A DNA stretch of 64,000 nucleotides from NCBI GenBank assembly GCA_002269645.1, contig NIVC01001987.1, positions 62,001-126,000 of the forward strand, read 5' to 3'. Shown piece by piece: positions 59,700 through 64,000 of the stretch. A program made the position numbers and the translations under genes. The stretch's first letter is position 1. Every line of letters starts with the position of its first letter. The stretch comes from Macrostomum lignano. Lineage: Eukaryota. The notes below the pieces were generated by a model. That model had not been told where the DNA came from. It did not search any database and saw nothing but the letters and a program-made list of their open reading frames with translations.

Positions 59700-60932
59700 A
59701 TGGCTCGGCCAAAGCAAAATATTATGCTGCTCGCCTTGTGCGCCACGGCCCTCTTCATGGCGTACATTTTGTACTCCAGGGTACGATGGCGCGACCATAT
59801 CAAACCGCGGTCTTTGAAAAAGCATTTCATTTCCGATGCCCATGAACCAAATCCAATCCAAATCGTAGAAACTCCAAAGGAAAGTGGAAGACAGATTTCG
59901 AGTAGGAAAAACGAAACAGCGATCGCGAAGACTGTTGCTACGCGACCGCTGCAAACAGAGTTGCAAACAAGAGCACCGGCAACAATGAAAACAAACTGCA
60001 AAATCTACAATGAGCTGCGCAATGTGGACTTCCAGCAGCCGGCGCTCCGCCACGTCCTGTGCAGCGGCGCCAAGGCGTACGAGAAAGTGGCGGGCGGGTT
60101 CCCCATGTGCCGGCTGCAGAACCCGTTCGATGACAGAATCCTCGAGGTTGTGCGGTCCGGCAGCTCGACCGCCGATCTGCTGGACATGAATAACACCAAG
60201 GTGAAGATGTTTGTCTACTCTGAGATAGACAGAATTTCTGAGGCCATCAAGACCAGTCACGAATGGGAGCGTGAGCTGGTCCATACAACCATGAGACTGG
60301 CTCTGAAGGTGCCGAACGCGACCTTCCTCGACGCGGGTTGCAACATCGGTGTCTACAGCCTGCTGGCCGCGAGACTCGGGCTGCCCGTCGTTTCGCTGGA
60401 CGCGAACATCCGCAACCTGCTCCGGCTGCGGCTGAGCCTCAACGCGGCGGCGCTCGATGCGGCGCTCGTGTGGAACTTCATCGGATCCGGAGACCAGCTG
60501 AGCTTCCTCAACTTCCCTGACGACTGCAACGTCGGCGGAGCGACCAAGTTCGGCAGAGCCGTGGTCGACTCGATCCCCGTGATGCCGGTAAGGAGCGAGC
60601 GGCTGTGCGGCCTCATCGGCACGAGGAACGTCGTCATCAAGCTGGACATCGAGGGCGGAGAGACGGACTTCCTGAGGACGTCGGGCTGTCTGTTCAGCCA
60701 GTTCAGAGTGGTTTTTGTGCAGATGGAGTTTCTGAGGCAGCACATGGTCGGAACTGACAGCGCAACGATAGTGGACTTCTTCGCCAGCAGAAACTACTCC
60801 GCCTGGCGGACTCCGGGCCTGTCAGCGCTGGATGTCAAAAATGCAGAACTGTGGGAGGACTGCGATATATTGTGGATTCATAAGGACTTTGACCACCTTA
60901 TTTACAGCGAAAGATTTACACTTGCCATTTAA
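59700..60932 (+). CDS. FkbM-family methyltransferase copy 4 (inverted), ~410 aa from ATG 59700
   Basis: Same core, copy-1-type C-terminus, and a distinct longer N-terminus MARPKQNIMLLALCATALFMAYILY. Confidence 0.85.
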   Translation: MARPKQNIMLLALCATALFMAYILYSRVRWRDHIKPRSLKKHFISDAHEPNPIQIVETPKESGRQISSRKNETAIAKTVATRPLQTELQTRAPATMKTNCKIYNELRNVDFQQPALRHVLCSGAKAYEKVAGGFPMCRLQNPFDDRILEVVRSGSSTADLLDMNNTKVKMFVYSEIDRISEAIKTSHEWERELVHTTMRLALKVPNATFLDAGCNIGVYSLLAARLGLPVVSLDANIRNLLRLRLSLNAAALDAALVWNFIGSGDQLSFLNFPDDCNVGGATKFGRAVVDSIPVMPVRSERLCGLIGTRNVVIKLDIEGGETDFLRTSGCLFSQFRVVFVQMEFLRQHMVGTDSATIVDFFASRNYSAWRTPGLSALDVKNAELWEDCDILWIHKDFDHLIYSERFTLAI

Positions 60933-63103
60933 TCAGAAGATTATTGGGAAGCGTCAAAACTCACTTATTTATCCTACACAGAATAAATGAGACGCTTCCT
61001 CGTGCAACAACTGCAGTTGCGAGTTCGAGACCAAGTCGGGTCTTATGACAGGGCCCGCTAATCCCAGTAATCGCGAGTGTAATATTCTCGATAACACCGC
61101 TACGAGTACTTCTAGAAATCCTTGATGAAGTCTGGATACATGTTAAGTGCTCTTTGCCCTTTGTTTTGAGTTACTTTATATATTTAACCTTCTGCCGTCA
61201 GGCAGTCCGCCTCAAAAAAACAAATATTGTTAGTAGTACTACTGATAGTAACAAAGGCCTAACACACACTAAAAAATTATTCTCTTTTCTGGCGTGGTAC
61301 ATTAGATAAGCCTTCACTTTGAGCAGCGCTGAGCTGTTCCAACTCAAACGCGACAATTGCTCAACTTCTGGGCAGGTCTTTTCCGATGTTGCAGGGCTCC
61401 CGCGAGTTCATCTGTTTTAACTTTGAACAAAATCACTAAGACAGATTTCGCTAAGATTTGCCATTCTGCATTTTGCTCTTCGGGCTTTGGTTTATCATCG
61501 AGAAAAGTCCGTATTTAAAATACACAAGTGAGCTTCCAGTTTTTAGTGAGCTTCCTCCATTCGAAGTCGCATCTAATGAGCTCTTTCCATGTCTGAGGCT
61601 AGCAAGCAGCTTCTCCGCACTGAGAGAACAGACTCACACAAAAAATCCCGCTGCTACTCCACTCATAGAGGCGATTTCTTGCATTCTGCATTGGCGCAAG
61701 GCAGTGGGAAGCCAGGACGGAGGGATGGAGCTGCTGCGGGTTGGGATAAGCCGGCAGTCACATGAGCCCCAACTATTTGTCATGGCAACCGCTCCCATCA
61801 GCCGAAGCGCGGTGGCAACTCCCCCCATCTTCTGCGCATCCATGCAGCAGAAATCAACTATCGGCCGCCGCCACTGGCCGCCCGCATTCATTTTCCACCC
61901 CTGCATGCTCGCGCAGCGAAGCGCTGCCCCCATCGTCTCGCATGAGCCGCCTGCCTGCCTCTGTCCCTTCATCTCACCTGATGCCAACTCACCTGAGCTG
62001 GGGCTGCTGCTGTTTGCCCGCCTGGTAACTAGAAGCTGGGGCAAATTGCAAACAGGGGGGGGGGGGTACAGAAGCCTTCTCTCTCCGATGCCAGCAGCCG
62101 ACTGGTTTATTGCAGCAGCAGTGCCGCATCGATCTGGCGGCTGGCGGAGGAGGGCGGTGGTGTCGCCATGAATTTTTCATGCCGTGCCGCGGGACTGCTG
62201 GGACGGGAACTCTGCTAGCGAGGCCTGTCGCCCCTCTCCTCCCCTTCGTCTTCTTCGATTGTTCCCTCACTGCAGCTCCGCATGTCTGCAGCTGTTCTGT
62301 CTTTCAAAGACAAAAAGTCGCTTTGCCTTCTTAGTGCCACCTCTTCTTGAGCCTCTCTTCTCTTCTTGAGGCTTCTGGCGTCACTCTGCTGTTAATAAAG
62401 GAGAACCTGGCCACTGCGTAAGCAGAATTGCGGAGAGGATGCTGTTGACAGTATATTCTGTATTTGCTTTTTTGAAAGAGTAGAATTTTGTTACTTAGTT
62501 TTGACACGAATCGATTTTCGCGGAACAAAAACAGTTGATAATTTGTGAACTGACAGAAAAATGACAGGCATTTTTGAAGAGGCAAAATTAAACAGTTGCT
62601 TTGTTTTTTTGTATGCAAAGTGGTTAAAAAGAGGGCAGCGCTTGTACTAGCGAAAGTAACCAAAGTTGGACTGACAGCCAAGGCCACTCTTCCTAATTTC
62701 CGATTTCATTCCTTCATATCCAGTTGGTTTTGCGCGACATTATTCATTGATTCTGTAACGCTTAAATAAAAAGTGTCGGTTCTCATTTGATCGATGCCAA
62801 ATTTCTTCCAAAAGCATCAGGCAGCCTTGAGTTGCCAGTCCAGCTATCTGGTATGAAATTACTGCTAGCTCAGAAAAATACCACTGTATAAAAAAGTGAC
62901 TACTTTTTATAAGAAAAAATTAAAGGTACATAATTTTCGTTTATGAGTTTTTTTATTTGAAAAATTTTAAACTGTTAAATAAAGCCGTGAAAAAATTAAC
63001 TCGAGAGCCTAAATATTCTCTGTTCTGGAGTCGATGCTTTTCAGTTCCTCAGGCAAAGTTGGTCCTCCACTTTATGTGCTCCGGTTTATCCTGGCCGACT
63101 CTC

Positions 63104-64000
63104 TCAGAGCCAGTTGGCATCGGCCCAGCCGGCGATCAGCGTCCAGGTCTTGTTCTGGCCGTCCTTGCTGATGTGGAGGCCCGTGACGTCGACGCTAACG
63201 GTGAAGGTGTCATTGTACTTCATGCCATATGTGGGGCACAGCAGAGTGGCGTTGTTGGTGCCGAAGTCCTGCCACGGAATCTCAATGGCGCGGCGGCCCA
63301 GAGCCAGGTTGGTCGTGTAGTCCTCCTCCGAGATGGCGAACCAGCTCCAACCGCCGTCAATGGACTTCATGCGGCTCCGTTCATCGTAGGCGGTGCCGTA
63401 GATGCTCGAGTCGGTCGGCAGGACGAAGCCAATCTGGCTGATCACGCTGTCCAATGCTTCCCAGCTGGCGCCAAAGTCCACAGAGCGAGAGCAGTGGGCC
63501 CGACCCCCGGGCCTATAGAGCATGCAAGCGTAAATGGCGCCCTCTTTGGGACTGATGACGTAGCTGCGACTGTGGCTGAAGCCAGTGGCCTTGGTCGTCA
63601 CTTCGTAGCATGCTTCAGCAGGTGTCACGTCGGTTGTCTGCTGACAACCATAAAATTCCACGCGCAGCGAGCGGCTGTAGGTCTTTGGCGAGCCAGTCAA
63701 AGGCAGTATCCTGATGTACCGACCTACAATGGCCTTGTTTAGCTTCACGTAAGCCGAGCCGCCAGAGTAAGTAGCCGTGTAAACCTGAAAGTTATCGAAA
63801 TTTGAAAGCAGCTTGTATTGATGCGCTGTTTTCTGGCAACAATGGCTGCCTGCACAGCTTCTAATATAGTTAAAAATATTGCGCAACTTACCTCCTTGGT
63901 GTTGGTGTTGTTGCTGTTGACATCAAACCATAGAAGACCCTCCTCGCTGTATTGAAACCAGAAGGTATCCACCTTGTTGTTGGTATCATCCTTATGCGAC
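63104..64000 (-). CDS. 3' part of a protein with an F5/8 type C (discoidin) domain followed by Asp-box (BNR) repeats
   Basis: Exons >64000-63892 and 63784-63104 join in frame. Discoidin-like FWFQYSEEGLLW and GRYIRILP..LRVEFYGC; Asp boxes SRSVDFGASW and KSIDGGWSW. The 5' end lies outside the window. Confidence 0.75.

Noticed and set aside
61458-62369. Several 60-237-aa ORFs in a GC-richer patch
   Set aside because: No recognisable domain or consistent splice structure.

Overview
Eukaryotic (metazoan) genomic DNA with GC-rich exons, GT-AG introns, TTAGGG repeats and minisatellite-stuffed introns. The style suggests a free-living flatworm such as Macrostomum, but that is inference only. Exon chains assembled by eye give open frames for IDH3A, a DM9 lectin, a Ly6/quiver-like GPI protein, an arrestin, a miRNA-class Argonaute, TIMM50, glycogen debranching enzyme (AGL), four intronless membrane-anchored FkbM-family methyltransferases, and the 3' part of an F5/8C + Asp-box protein. 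Main findings: (1) the four FkbM genes are mosaics with near-identical catalytic cores and swapped N- and C-terminal modules, and have Golgi type II topology, making them candidate glycan O-methyltransferases; (2) a ~70 bp 28S rRNA fragment, scrambled exactly at the R2/I-PpoI target, sits inside an inverted-repeat element; (3) a precisely resolvable nest of mariner > Helitron > minisatellite > Helitron > GA repeat > RTE lies upstream of Argonaute; (4) tandem arrays are built from the Argonaute stop region and the DM9 start region.
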